DNA of 63,512 bases, the filler included, from Basidiobolus meristosporus CBS 931.73 (lineage: Eukaryota; Fungi; Basidiobolomycota), in NCBI GenBank assembly GCA_002104905.1. It is 4 parts of 4 records of this genome, joined end to end, with 100 filler letters (N's around TTAATTAATTAA, not from the genome) between each part and the next. Parts side by side here need not be neighbours in the genome. Positions count along the whole stretch, not along the records: positions 28,422 to 41,118 come from MCFE01001230.1; positions 41,219 to 48,589 come from MCFE01001355.1; 2 more parts are not named here. One strand, 5' to 3'. Positions 34,629 through 45,815 of this stretch are shown here, piece after piece; the stretch's first letter is position 1; each line of letters starts with the position of its first letter. The position numbers were made by a program, and so were the translations under genes. The notes under the pieces were generated by a model. It was given only the letters and a program-made list of their open reading frames with translations. It searched no databases and was not told the origin of the DNA.

Positions 34629-35062
34629 ATGCGCTCTTTTACCGTAGCAGTGATTCTAGACCTTGCCGCAATCGGCGGTTACTTTCCATTCACTCGCGAG
34701 TATAGAAGGGTTCATTATCGCAGTTTACCATGTGTTTAGTATGCGAATGGTTGCTACCAAAACGTTCGAGTTTTGCCTATTGTTAAGTCGTCCAATGCTC
34801 AATCCCCGTTATTGTGCCAGATTTGACCACGGTGACCAGAAAGCACAATAACCTGAACATTGCTAATGCCAACAGCAATAAAGGCTTCAATGTCAAGTAT
34901 CAAGCAGGACCCAGTCTCGAACCGGAGGGTGGGGCCAACGCACTGAAATACGCCAAGCAAAAGGGAGCGAAACACCCGGACAATAGCTCTTCGTATCCCT
35001 ACGTTCTGATGTAGTCCACCCAAGATGTAGCAGAGACCGAACAAAATGCTCAATACAATTAG
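34629..35062 (+). pseudogene. Y2, paralog of Y1
   Basis: Colinear with Y1. A deletion removes the end of the signal peptide; nonsense TAG near 34737; C-terminal deletion. Confidence 0.88.
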
Positions 35063-35089
35063 TGTGCTGACAATTGCGCCTATCAGATA

Positions 35090-35545
35090 AATCAACCTAA
35101 ACTGAGGATATTGGGTAGGCAGAACAAATAATCATTCTTTGCGCGACTACTCTACTCTCACAGTCTCATTGACTATCAATCCATCGCAGATACAGTGTAC
35201 TGGTCCAAAAAAATCGACAGACACCAAAGGAATAGGGGCACTCCACATTTGGTTGGTGGCAAGAGAGAAGTCCAAACAGCGTTGTGTATCAACAACCGCA
35301 TTTGAAGATACTTTGGGATGTCAGTAAGGCCATGTTCAATGTTTACGTACTTACTCCATCGAACTTTAAAATAAATGTATCAATATTGGGAGGTAAATGG
35401 CCGTTTAAGTCAACATACCATTGTATTATTCGTGAGACGCAAAACGACTCGTACTACGATCTTTCAAGCGTGCACTCAGGAATGGCACTGGTTATTTCAT
35501 AGTCAATGTTTGCAGTCCCGAGTAGTATACATAATACAGTTATCC
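35090..35545 (+). repeat. Segmental duplicate of ~38235-38710 (downstream tail of the Y units)
   Basis: Near-identical blocks (e.g. CGACTACTCTACTCTCACAGTCTCATTGACTATCAATCCATCGCAG). Confidence 0.9.
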
Positions 35546-35680
35546 AACACTACCCAAGAAACATAGTTTAACTTAGATTATTTACTCAAGATTCAAAAAC
35601 TCTTAGCTGACTGGCAGATCTGCTAATTCTGAAGAAATATATTGCTATACATTGCGGGTACAAATCTCTACATTTTGTTT

Positions 35681-36658
35681 CTATGCTACAAGTTCTGGAT
35701 ACTTCACCAAATCTTCACTCAGCTTCCACAGTTGTTGGGCATTAGAGTCATCCAAAGCATAAGGCCGCGCGGTCTCATTGCTAACCTTTGCATCTTCAAG
35801 ATATGAGCCAGACTGATTTACAATCGAGGGGTCAAAGGCAGCAACAATGTGAGTTGCCGCTCCCTGAGGGATGGTTTTCCAAGTAAGGGATTTCAGAGCC
35901 TCTTCTGACATCCAGGGCTGGCCATCAGCATCCAGGAAGTTCTCCTTAAATTCGTCGGCGAGATTCAAGTGATTTGCTAAGTTTGTGGATATAACACCAG
36001 GGTGAAGACTGAAGGCCACTAGTCCCTTACTTTTGTAGCGGTTGCTCAACTCCTTGGTAAAGAGAATAATGGCGGTTTTAGACTGACCATAGGCCTGCCA
36101 TTTTTCGTACGTTCTGCCGTCGGAAAACCCAGGATCTGCAAAGCGGATTTTGGATATTTGATGGCCTGAGCTAGATACATTAACTACGCGTGGACCTTGG
36201 GAGGAAGCCAAGAGCCGATCTAGTATCAGGTTTGTGAAAAGGAAAGGTGCCAAGTAATTAATCCCAAACTGCGCTTCAAACCCATCTTTTGTTCTACTGT
36301 ATGGTGCAGCCATGATTGCGGCATTGTTGATTAGCACGTCAATAGGCTCGGTATATTCATTCACCTCCTTGGCAGCATCTCGAACCGAATCCAAAGAGGC
36401 AAGATCGATCACGAGCGATCGTAGGTTTGCACTTGGTGTCTCTTGCTTGATTTTCCCAATGGTCTCGTCGAGAGAACTCTGTCTCCTGCCTGCAACGATC
36501 ACCAGCTTGGCACCGTACTTTGCAATTACTCTGGCGGCTTCGGCACCAAGGCCACCCCAAGTAGCACCTGTGATAAGCACAGTTTTTCCCTTGATGCTGT
36601 CAGAGAACACCATAGCGGCCTCCTCAGATGTAGTGTCTTTTCCGAAAGTGTGGGACAT
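35681..36658 (-). CDS. Short-chain dehydrogenase/reductase, WWOX/retinol-dehydrogenase-like (325 aa, intronless)
   Basis: Motifs TGATWGGLG, DVLINNAA, QFGINYL, VNVSS.GH and YGQSK. Probable start MSHTFG at 36658 within ORF 35681-36766. Confidence 0.93.
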   Translation of the reverse strand: MSHTFGKDTTSEEAAMVFSDSIKGKTVLITGATWGGLGAEAARVIAKYGAKLVIVAGRRQSSLDETIGKIKQETPSANLRSLVIDLASLDSVRDAAKEVNEYTEPIDVLINNAAIMAAPYSRTKDGFEAQFGINYLAPFLFTNLILDRLLASSQGPRVVNVSSSGHQISKIRFADPGFSDGRTYEKWQAYGQSKTAIILFTKELSNRYKSKGLVAFSLHPGVISTNLANHLNLADEFKENFLDADGQPWMSEEALKSLTWKTIPQGAATHIVAAFDPSIVNQSGSYLEDAKVSNETARPYALDDSNAQQLWKLSEDLVKYPELVA

Positions 36659-37733
36659 TTTGATTGACTCAGTCTTCAGGCGAAGGTGGCAATAAATAGG
36701 AGTCACCAAGTGCAGGCCCATGTGATCATCTTTCTCAGCAGCTTTTTGTGGGTGGTGAGCGGCCACTTAGAATGTAATGTTCCCAATTCGTAGGGTATCC
36801 GCAGCATTTACTGGAAGTCTACTCGTGTGCCCAATCACACTCGGATCTGATGGTAATGTCGCGGTATTGGGTATATACGTAGGCCACATACAGAAGCTTA
36901 TCAATATGATTAGGTCGATCATCTGTAACAGTTGGCAGTCATATCACCCGAAATCCGCAGTAAGGTTACTGACCCAAATTTACGGATCATCAATACCCGA
37001 GTTTGTGGAAAATCACAGCCCATGACAAGCTGACTATTCCATATGGAGAATGTTTCCGATTGATTGCGGATTGATGTTTAGATCTATGCAAACGTTCCCG
37101 TGGTTAAGAGTTTAGCCAGCAAATTTGTTTAGTTGGCTAATGTGCATATTAATCGTCAATAAACAACTACTAGAGGCAAATGTGAACATCAATCATTATT
37201 AAACAGCTACTATATTGCCACGTAGATATCCATTTTGAAGCCGCGAAAAAATCTATGTAATTGATGGCAATGTCTAGTACGCAGTATAGGCTTGTATGTT
37301 TAAAACATTACATAAGCGACGTTGGCTGTACCATTAGTCAGTAAGAGTTTCTAACCATCTCTACAACCTAAGCCAACGTAGAATTTGGGTACAAAAACAG
37401 TAGCTACAAAACGTAAATTAATTTCAAGCGACATATATAATCTATTCCTCAGAGCTAGTAAACGAAAGTGAGTTAGATATTTCAGCGGAAACAGATACTA
37501 GGATTAGCAATAGAAAATAAAGACGAAATATAAGGTTTGGTCATGGTGAGTTCCACCAAATAATAGAAGAAAATTGAAAAAATAGGAGAATGCAAAATAC
37601 GGATGGTACTCAAACAGCATCGTAATAGTGTGAGTAATGACCTGATTAATCCATGAAATATATAATAGCAATTTGGCCAGCTAAACCATATTATATGCTA
37701 TATAACAGCCCACAAATACGTTATTCACTCCAC

Positions 37734-38138
37734 ATGCGCTTTATTACCATAGCAGTAATTCTAAGCCTTGCCACCATTCAAGATGCCGTTGCTGCCCCAA
37801 TCGGCTGTCATTCTCCATGCACTCGCGAGTATAGAGGGGTTCATTATCGCAGCTTACCATGTGCACAGTATGCGAACGATTGCTACCAAAACGTTCGAGT
37901 TTTGCCTGTCGTTAAGACGTCGAGTGTCCAATCCCCGGTATTACTTCAGGTTTTCAGCACGGTGACCAGAAAGCACGATAGCCTGAACATCGTTAATGTC
38001 AGCAGCAATAAAGGCTTCAACGTCAAGCATCAAGTACGACCCAGTCTCGAACCGGAGGGTGGGGCCAACGCGCTGGAATACGCCAAGCAAAAGGAAGCGA
38101 AAACCCAGATAATAGCTCTTCATATTTCTACGTTCTGA
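37734..38138 (+). CDS. Y3, paralog of Y1 with a frameshifted C-terminus (134 aa); possibly a pseudogene
   Basis: Intact signal peptide and Cys region. A 1-nt deletion near 38101 relative to Y2 shifts the frame; the ancestral end is visible near 38200. Confidence 0.75.
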   Translation: MRFITIAVILSLATIQDAVAAPIGCHSPCTREYRGVHYRSLPCAQYANDCYQNVRVLPVVKTSSVQSPVLLQVFSTVTRKHDSLNIVNVSSNKGFNVKHQVRPSLEPEGGANALEYAKQKEAKTQIIALHISTF

Positions 38139-39129
38139 CGCAGTCCACCCAAGTTGTACAATACACAACCCCTTGGCAGAGGCAGAACAACACGTTCAAT
38201 ACAATTGGTGTGCTGACAGTTCCCCCAACAGAAAAATCAACCTAAACTGAGGACATTGGGTAGGCAAAACAAATAAACATTCTTTGCACGACTACTCTAC
38301 TCTCACAGTCTCATTGACTATCAATCCATCGCAGATACAGTGTACTGGTCCAAAAAAATCGACAGACACCAAAGGCATAGGGGCACTCCACATTTGGTTG
38401 GTGGCAAGAGAGAAGTCCAAGCAGCGTTGTGTATCAACAACCGCATTTGAAGATACTTTGGGATGTCAGTAAAGCCATGTTCAATGTTTACATACTTACT
38501 CCATTGAACTTTAAAATAAATGTATCGATTTTGGGAGTTAAATTGCCGTTTAAGTCAACATACGATTGTCTTTTTCGTGAGACGCAAAACGACTCGTACT
38601 ACGATTTCTCAAGCAAGGGCTTGAAGCGTGCACACAGGAATGGCACTGTTCTTACGTAGTTGGTTATTTCATAGTCAATGTTAGCAGTCCACAACAGTAC
38701 ATATAATACATTTATTTTTGTCGATTTCAATATTATGGGATTAGGCAACGAAATGAGTGAAAATTTCTAACGAATTTTTTCCTATAAATAGAGAGCATCT
38801 GTACTTTACAGGATTATGTATATTGTACATTCCCAGTACACTAAAGGACGGTCTGCACATTCTGACAGCCTGTTATCTAACTATCATTCAAAAATCAAAT
38901 TAAAATATCAATCTATATTGCTACAAAATCACTTCGAAAATCGCTTAAAATTTTGATTGCAAAATGACATACTTGTCTGATTACGATTACAGTTTTCTGA
39001 TCTTTAAAATCAAAATTCATAACTGAATGTTTAAGCGGGCACACAACTTTGCATAAAAATCGGAAAAGAGTAAGTTGATAGTCTCACTTTGTTGTAGCGC
39101 CTACTGATGACCATCCACTCAGACTGCTC

Positions 39130-39410
39130 CAGTGCGCTTGGTTTTTGTTGCTCTGTTGCCAGCCTCACGCGTTCCCCAAGTCTTCAATAACCTTGCCATC
39201 TCGCAATTACTTGAAGATGCCCATGTCTACACTAGGCTCCAAAAGACATGGATAGAAATCATCAGCAGTGACCCACTACTGAAGCCTTCAACTAATCAGT
39301 TCTCCAGAAGCTTGAGATACAGAAAGATGCCACTCTACCCAACTGTCAACTTATTTGAAAGTCAAACTAAGAAGGCTTTAGGCTCTTGTGAGGACACAAA
39401 TAGCTGAGCA
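39130..39410 (+). pseudogene. Possible Mutator (MULE) transposase fragment
   Basis: FVALLP..RVPQVFNNL......Y..LQKTWI......L.P.......TVN.FES loosely fits the MULE C-terminal catalytic region. Judged by eye only. Confidence 0.3.
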
Positions 39411-41118
39411 TAAGCAAATTTGATGAAAATAAAAGTGGTTGTGCAGATTATATAGTATAATGTTTCAAGAGTCTCAGAGATACTGGAAGTGAATGGGAGA
39501 ACAAGTAGAATTTGCAGTCTGCTCCTAATCATTCATCAAATATAAGAGTATTATCTTTACTTCAACATGGTCTTAACAGTGCAAACATGAAAAATACAAT
39601 TATGATGGTTCCAAGAATATGTGTGCAAAGCTTGGGGCTGTTATGACAACTCTCAGATATTTCATGTCTTAGGTATCTGATACTTGTGCTGAGTGACTCT
39701 ATACAAGGTCAATGGCTAGAGCTCTCAAAGATTTGTAAATCACAACCTAGGTGTTCAGAAAGCATATATGTCACATCCCTATTATATATTGGACCTAGAA
39801 TTCATGTAATAATCAGCTGGTATTCTGCTGGTATTCCAATGATATCCTGCAGGCATTCTGCTGGTGCTTTTCCTTTGGATTTCTAGCTGCACTTTAGGGG
39901 AAAGTAGAGAGTAGTTGATGATCAGATTTAGTATGAATACTAGTTAGTCTTGTCCACCTGAAAACTAAGTATGCCAAATAGCTAGTACTGTACATGTTGA
40001 CAGCTGTAAGTTTAGTGAGACTTGGAACTCAACTGATATATAATGGTATTCAGAAGGTCCTTTCTTGTTCTTATTCTCAAAGCATGAACACTGTAGGTAA
40101 GAGGAGAAGGATGCAAAAAGCCTCAACAATAGTATACATTATCCAACTAAGCTCTCTGGCAGCTATTTTTCATTGTGAACAAGTTTCTGTACTAGAGTTC
40201 AAGAGCAGCACCAAATGGGCTTACAGTAAGTGCTTATGCTGGTCAACAGACCCCTGATGACCTCTGTATGTAAGCACATACTGCCAAAGAGGTCTTCCTA
40301 AATACCTGAAAAGTAACAAGTAACATCAGCAAAGCAAGCATAATAGGGTGATGATGGCTGCATATCAGTGAATAACAGCAGCAAAGTAGTGCTCCCTTTA
40401 CTGTAGCTGTGCTTTGTTCCCTCTGATCAGAGAGTAATGCATACAGCTGTGCCAAAAATATGTTAAGTGCATGAAGGTATTGCCATATTACCAGTTTGGC
40501 TGTTGCACACCAGCTTTGCACCTCCACTTTTTAATTTGTTACTCTTGGTCAATGATGTACTTGACCTAGGCTAGTGTATGAGATAGAGGATACTCTCAGA
40601 GTGCATGGCTGGATAGAAAGGAGGCCAATGGTCAATGCATCAGTGCCTCTGCAATATTTCAGGTACCATATATAGTGTTGACTGCTGTGCATCAACATTT
40701 AAAACTTAGCCAACTTTACTCCATTAGAAAATCTAGTACCCTAACCAATTTTCCCTAACCCAGGCATAACTAATCCCTGTTATGGTTTATTTTATCACTT
40801 CTCAGAATCTGTTTTTAGCTGTCACACCTGAGCAATTTTCACGTGGTCATTATGTCCTCAATTGATCTACTAAGCTGTTCCAAGTGATTAGTCATCTGAG
40901 ATCTATCTAACTACTTAGTAGTTACTAAGACACCGGCTGATCAATGATGCAATTTTCATTTATCTTATGTGCCTATCAACATCTAAACTGATTTCAATTA
41001 GTCTAGTCTCTTAGCACTCACTAATACAACTTGATCAGAAAAGTAGAAGCAAAGCTTACTGAGCCTTTTGGTTTAGTGTGTGTATCAACAAAATTAACAA
41101 TGTGTCTCAGCAAATCAA

Positions 41119-41218
41119 NNNNNNNNNNNNNNNNNNNNNNNNNNNNNNNNNNNNNNNNNNNNTTAATTAATTAANNNNNNNNNNNNNNNNNNNNNNNNNN
41201 NNNNNNNNNNNNNNNNNN
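41119..41218. other. Assembly gap with TTAATTAATTAA linker
   Basis: 100-bp N block with the linker at 41163-41174. Confidence 0.97.
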
Positions 41219-42685
41219 TCTAATGCAGCAACCTCCACATTGAACCTATCTTGTCATAGGCCTTGCCATTGCAAGCACCTGTAGCAAGGACTTTGAGAAA
41301 TGCTGCCATCTAGGAAGATGGCATGTCTTGACAAGCCCAGCCCAGTGTTTGGGAGCATAGTTGGCTAAGGCTCCATGAGAAGCTGGACCCCACCAAGTAA
41401 TTTGGTTACACGCCTGGAATTCCAAGTAACTTGTTGAGTGATGAATTGCTCACCGGCAGTCACCTTCATGTTCTTGGCCGTGGCCTTTGCGTAGCCCAAC
41501 CATTTACCAGGGTGGGACTGAGTGTGCGTTGAGAGCAACCTGTTGGTATCTAGTATCAATGCCTCTATTAGACTGCCATAGAGGGTAATCCGAGGCACAT
41601 CAGTCTGGTTAAATCCTTTGACCAATTCCTTTTGCAATGTTGGCAATACTGTATTTAACAAAACCTCTTGAGTCACGTCAATTATATCGAAGCGGAGCCC
41701 GGTTGATGCATTATTGGCTTTCGATCCTAGAGTCAGCTCTAGCAACGAGTCCTCTTGAGCAAGTTCATCCAGCCCCTGCTGAACAGCGGTATGAGCGCTT
41801 CCTCCCTCTTGGTCTCGATCCATATGCCACCATATCTAACTTCGGGCTGAGGTCCAGATATGATTTAGCTTTACCGGTCAGGTCTCCAGTGATGTTCCAC
41901 AAGGACTTGGAGATCTGGTCCCAGGCCTCCAACATCAACGGGGTAGTTTGTTTGGGACCGTGGCGCCGCTGGATGAACTGGTCTACCAATGGTTTACCGC
42001 TCAAAGGCTGATTAGGATCCTTCCAAGCGATATCAGTTACTATGTGGTACAGGAATTCATTGGTGTTAGTCCCGTCGGGCGTGACCCCCATTCCCCTCAT
42101 GCTCTTTGCGGAATGATGGTACCCAGCAAATGGCTCAGCCAACACGGTGGGAGGAACCCCGAAGATTCCTTGTCCGCCAGCAAAATTGTCGATCCTAGGA
42201 GACTTTCATTAGTGGCCCGAAATCACCCATCGACCAATAACTTACATGCTCCATCCCCAATCCATGCCGTAGTAACCATCTGTATACTTCCACTGCAGCA
42301 ATCCCTCAGAATAAAGATCGATGATAAACGCCTTACCCTCAGTCTCCCAGATCCCATCCAAGAACGACTTGGTAACACCCGGAGTCCAGAACTGAGTGCT
42401 GGTCAAGAACCAACTCTGCATCACCCAAACAGCGTTCTTGTCGGCCTTTCTGAGTGCGTGCACGACAGCCTTGGTGGTGGATTTCAAGTATTGCTTATCT
42501 GAAGAGGCTGGTAACAATTCATTATAAAGATCCAGAATGTAGTGGTCAGTAACGTTTTCACCGTAGAACCGCTTCGGAAGCTTGATGAACTCCTCCGCCA
42601 GTGTAGCAAATAGTGGCTCTTGAGGATCTACATAGTGAACCTTGGTGAACAACCTTCTTACCAAATTTGGTAAGAAGCTACCCAC
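41219..42685 (-). pseudogene. Alpha-N-acetylglucosaminidase (GH89, NAGLU-like), 5'-truncated and frameshifted
   Basis: DHYILDLYNEL, AVWVMQSWF, IIDLYSE...QW..TDGYYG..WGW, NFAGG, MRGMG.TP.G...NEFLY, RFDIIDVT, and NQITWWGP..NYA.KHWAGLV. Intron at 42195-42245 (GTAAGT..CTAAT..TAG). Frameshifts near 41800 and 41450. Confidence 0.85.
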
Positions 42686-42958
42686 TGCTTCAACAATAAT
42701 TTACAGCTAACAAATTGAAGAAAAACACCAGCATAATACCACCAGAATATAAAATGAACTCCAAGTATGCGATGTTTCATGGGTATTCATGGGAAAGATT
42801 TAATTACGTTGGTGTAAAGGTTCTGGTTTCAACTGAGTGAGCTCTGCGAAATGCAATTACATTTATTGTTCCAAGTTTTCAGTACATTGAGATATCTATG
42901 TCAAAATATACAGATCTATACTAAAAGAACAATACATAAGTCTATGGGCTTGTATTAT

Positions 42959-44566
42959 CTAGCTTTGAGCATCCCTGTCTACTGTCTTTGCTAGTCTTGC
43001 CATCCGCTCTTGTCTCCACTGATTGCCAAACTTGAGTAGTACAATTATGAGCAAATTGGAGACAATACATATCAAGCCCACAATAGTGAAAATCCAACCC
43101 ACACCAACGCCTCGAATACCGGGCTCAATAGTAACAGTAGCTGTTGCACCCAATAGACAGCGTACAAAATTATTTGTAGCTGTAATACTGGCGCTTTTGC
43201 TAGGAAACAAATCTACCACCAATGTCTGAAAGACATTCATCATAGACGTGCTAGCAGCACCCATGAAGAACTGCAGCATCAACACTACAGCCAAAGGAGC
43301 ACGGATGTGAAGCATCCACCCGTATAGTAAAGTGATTACTTGAATCGGGATTACATTGATCCACAATGAACGCAGGCGAGCGCGAAAAATTGGAAAGTTG
43401 GGAGGCAAATTGCCACGTCTGGCCTCACCAAAGCCAGACTTGATAGCAGTAGTCTTGAAGTTGTGGTCAAGTAATTTGCCCTGGAAGTAGCTACCCAGGA
43501 TACAGCCCACACCCTGACACAGGAAGCATAGGCCAATGTGAATTTCACTTAAACTATAAATTTTCGTAAATTGGCTAGTGGTTGATGTCAGATAGCAATA
43601 GTAAGTGGCATAATGAATGCCATTATAAATCAAGGCAACAATCACATCTTTTTCTAGCAGAAACAAGAATGGCTGACTCAGATTGGGGATTTGAAGAAAT
43701 CTGCTCTTACTCTTCTTCCCATCCCCGTCAATTTGTAGATGGCTACATTTCTTTGCCTTACGGCGTTGCCACCATTGAGCAGGCGTAGGGTTAGCGTATC
43801 CTGAACCATTTCCCACAAGACTACGAAGAGTCTCGGGAAGCAAGAAGAAGATGCTTGCAAGAAAGCATGCACCGATGATGAGTAGGATCCAGAATATCCA
43901 CCGCCATGTTAGATATTCTGCGATGATGCCACCAAGCACGGGGCCAATAACTAATCCTAGCATTTGGCCCAGGGAGAAAATCCCAAAGTAGCCACCCCGC
44001 TCTGAAGGTGCAGCAATGTCTCCCACTACACCTGCCCCAATAGCAATCACTGAACTGGAGCCGCATGCTTGCAACATCCGAAGAATCAGCAACGCAGTAA
44101 AATTGGGAGTTAGTCCTAGACCAACACAAGACCCTACATAGACCAAGAGGGTGGCTAGATAGACGGGACGACGTCCCCAAATATCAGCCAATGATCCCCA
44201 CAGGGAAGGAGACAATCCCTGAAAGATCATGTAGACAGTCACTGTCAAGTTGACAAGTTCTGTCGTGGTGTTCATATCCTGTTATGGGCAATGATTAGAA
44301 CAAGAACATTCCTCCCTTGCTGCTAGCTGTAAACATACCTTTTGAATGGTATCCAATGCAGGAAAGTATATGTTGCTAGACAGTGGCGACATAATACCGG
44401 TGAAACAGCAAATCAAAACGATAGTCAGCTTCTTGTTACGAGAGAATACAGAATAAGGCACTTCTGCAACTGTCTCGGTGATTGGCAGCTCTTTTTGAGG
44501 CTGTTGCTCGAGGGAGCTGCCGATGGGTTTATTGATTACGATATGGGCGGTGCTTGGCAACGACAT
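42959..44566 (-). CDS. MFS drug:H+ antiporter (DHA1, QDR/Dtr1-like), 515 aa; exons 44339-44566 and 42959-44278
   Basis: SPLSSNIYFPAL, GSLAD.WGRRPV (motif A) and G..LG.VIGP.LGG (motif C). A 60-nt GTATGT..AG intron at 44279-44338 keeps the frame. Confidence 0.95.
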
Positions 44567-45791
44567 TAGATTGTTCGTAGGAAAAATTCAACATGGAAAA
44601 CCGAACGCCTTTATAGTTCCCCTCAATCGACAAAATTTTACCCTTGCGATCTATGTTTAGACGACCAAACCAGGAAGTAGAGGATATCTGCGCTATGCTT
44701 ACATTGAGAAGATACGAACAAACTCCATCCAAATCAGGAAGATAACGAATGAAAAATAAAGCTTGCACGAAGCAGATAAGAATGAGTTGCCTTTACAAAA
44801 TCAGAATCGTATCCATATTGGGAAGATAGCGAAGTAAGAACCGGGCCCATATTGGGCAGATAAGCACGAATCAATGAACTAAATGATGAGCGAGAATGTT
44901 CTTTGTTGACAAAATTACAGCTACAACTCTGATCTAGAGCATCCTTTAGATGCCAGGATCACACATTGATATATCGCATGGAACCTTTTTGCAAGTTGAT
45001 ATGTCGAACCGAAGGACTTGTTCACCAAACCATGAGAATGTCGCTGAATGTCAAAGTGCGCATACTCAATCCTACAGGGAAGATTGACTAAGCAAACGTA
45101 TGGTAACATCGGCGCTACTCGTCGCATCAATTCAACACTAGTCCTCCCAGGTGTGTATAGCATCTAGTATGTAAGTGTTTGATAAAATAATCAGCAACCA
45201 TGTCCAGTCGCCCTATATCTAACAACAAAAATCTGAAGATATTTTGAATATCCATACTCTCGTACGGTATTTAGCTGAGATCTAACAGCCAGGAACCAAT
45301 ACAACGTGAAAATACAATTACGTACGGTGGTTGTTTCCCTTGACACTCAATTTGTTGTATCACATGAGAAAAGCCAATGGTTTGGCGGGTGTGGCCATTT
45401 CTTTCCACTTATCATACGTGTCAAGGATTCCCGGGATGATGCTGCTTTAATCCCGATGTTTGCTTTGTCGTAAATATGTATTGCGATATTGAATCCCCAT
45501 TCAAGGAACAAGCATGGCTGTTACTCCCTAGACCAAGACTGTCTACAATCCCGGTGCATTGGAAACCCCAAATCACCTGAAGCAGAATATTTGGAGAGGT
45601 TTTGTTGAGGTTTTTGGATTTAACATGCAAAATACTTATACAATCCCAAGTATTTCCGACCTTATATCAATTATCTCAAATTAATATGTGGGTTGTGCAC
45701 TGAACATTCCTGAACATCAATTGTAGTCCAGGACGTTGTCTCCTAGGTTTGGTAGTAATGTCTTTGGTGTGATAACTCTCCTACCAGCTCC

Positions 45792-45815
45792 TTAGGGTTA
45801 GGGTTAGGGGGGGGG
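45792..45815 (+). repeat. (TTAGGG)3 plus G6, interstitial telomeric-type repeat
   Basis: TTAGGGTTAGGGTTAGGGGGGGGG directly abutting the LINE 3' end. Confidence 0.9.

Noticed and set aside
39400-41118. CpG-poor stretch with scattered short ORFs
   Set aside because: Probably decayed repeat DNA, but no motif, terminus or second copy could be identified, so no call was made.
41637-42502. Plus-strand ORFs 41637-42011 and 41948-42502, and similarly 36312-36695, 8930-9391, 12628-13041 and 31736-32092
   Set aside because: Antisense or alternate-frame shadows of the GH89, SDR, transposase, RT and X coding sequences.
44900-45700. Short ORFs upstream of the MFS gene (44921-45163 and 45421-45630)
   Set aside because: No recognisable motif, signal peptide or paralog. 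Treated as intergenic.
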